The position numbers and the translations under genes were made by a program. From Styela clava (lineage: Eukaryota): a stretch of 64,000 nt of DNA. The stretch spans positions 6,262,001-6,326,000 of the forward strand of contig NC_135250.1 in NCBI RefSeq assembly GCF_964204865.1, in the 5' to 3' direction. This document shows, in pieces, positions 63,695-64,000 of this stretch. Each line of letters begins with the position of its first letter. Position 1 is the stretch's first letter. The notes under the pieces were generated by a model. The model was given only the letters and a program-made list of their open reading frames with translations, was not told where the DNA came from and did no database searches.

Positions 63695-64000
63695 GTAGGA
63701 AAACATTTATTTTTCCATTAGTAATTTGATATTTTAATCTTTTTTGTTTTTTGGTTAAATATAAGGGATCTGAAATTCAGTAGTATGAGATATATCGTAT
63801 ATAGCGAAAGCTAAGATGGTATAATTTACTATTCTGAATTCTGAAAATCGAATAGGTTGAAAATAATGTTATATTCATCTCAGAAATTTGTACAAACAAT
63901 TATATTTTTATGTAGAAGGTTTACTTCAATTTGATATTATATACAGATTGTCAGATTTAAAAAGAAACTGAATATTATTTTTGTATGCGTGTCAAATGTC

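Noticed and set aside
63900-64000. Next INTU exon
   Set aside because: Candidate acceptors lead to early stops or no INTU-like sequence; the exon probably lies beyond the window.

Overview
AT-rich, intron-containing animal genomic DNA. It is probably from an invertebrate chordate such as an ascidian; this is inferred from vertebrate-like protein motifs, compact introns and dense MITEs, and is not confirmed. I reconstructed five spliced genes by hand from GT-AG boundaries and frame continuity. On the minus strand: a PLP-dependent acidic amino acid decarboxylase of CSAD/GADL1 type (10 exons), a small secreted protein made of four EGF modules (6 exons), and nucleoporin Nup62 (14 mapped exons, start exon unresolved). 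On the plus strand: hnRNP U/U-like 1 (21 exons) and the 5' part of inturned (runs off the window). The ~16 kb between the divergent Nup62 and hnRNPU-like genes holds three notable features: a higher-order minisatellite, a decayed signal-peptide/TM pseudogene interrupted by a hAT element, and a 5,485-bp Foldback/Mutator-type element. That element has ~1.75-kb inverted arms built from ~424-bp modules, a perfect 9-bp target-site duplication and no transposase. Many small non-autonomous elements fill the introns (hAT, Helentron/DINE-like, MITE, SINE-like, piggyBac-like). Most ORFs in the supplied track are exon fragments or spurious. I found no tRNA, rRNA or CRISPR features.
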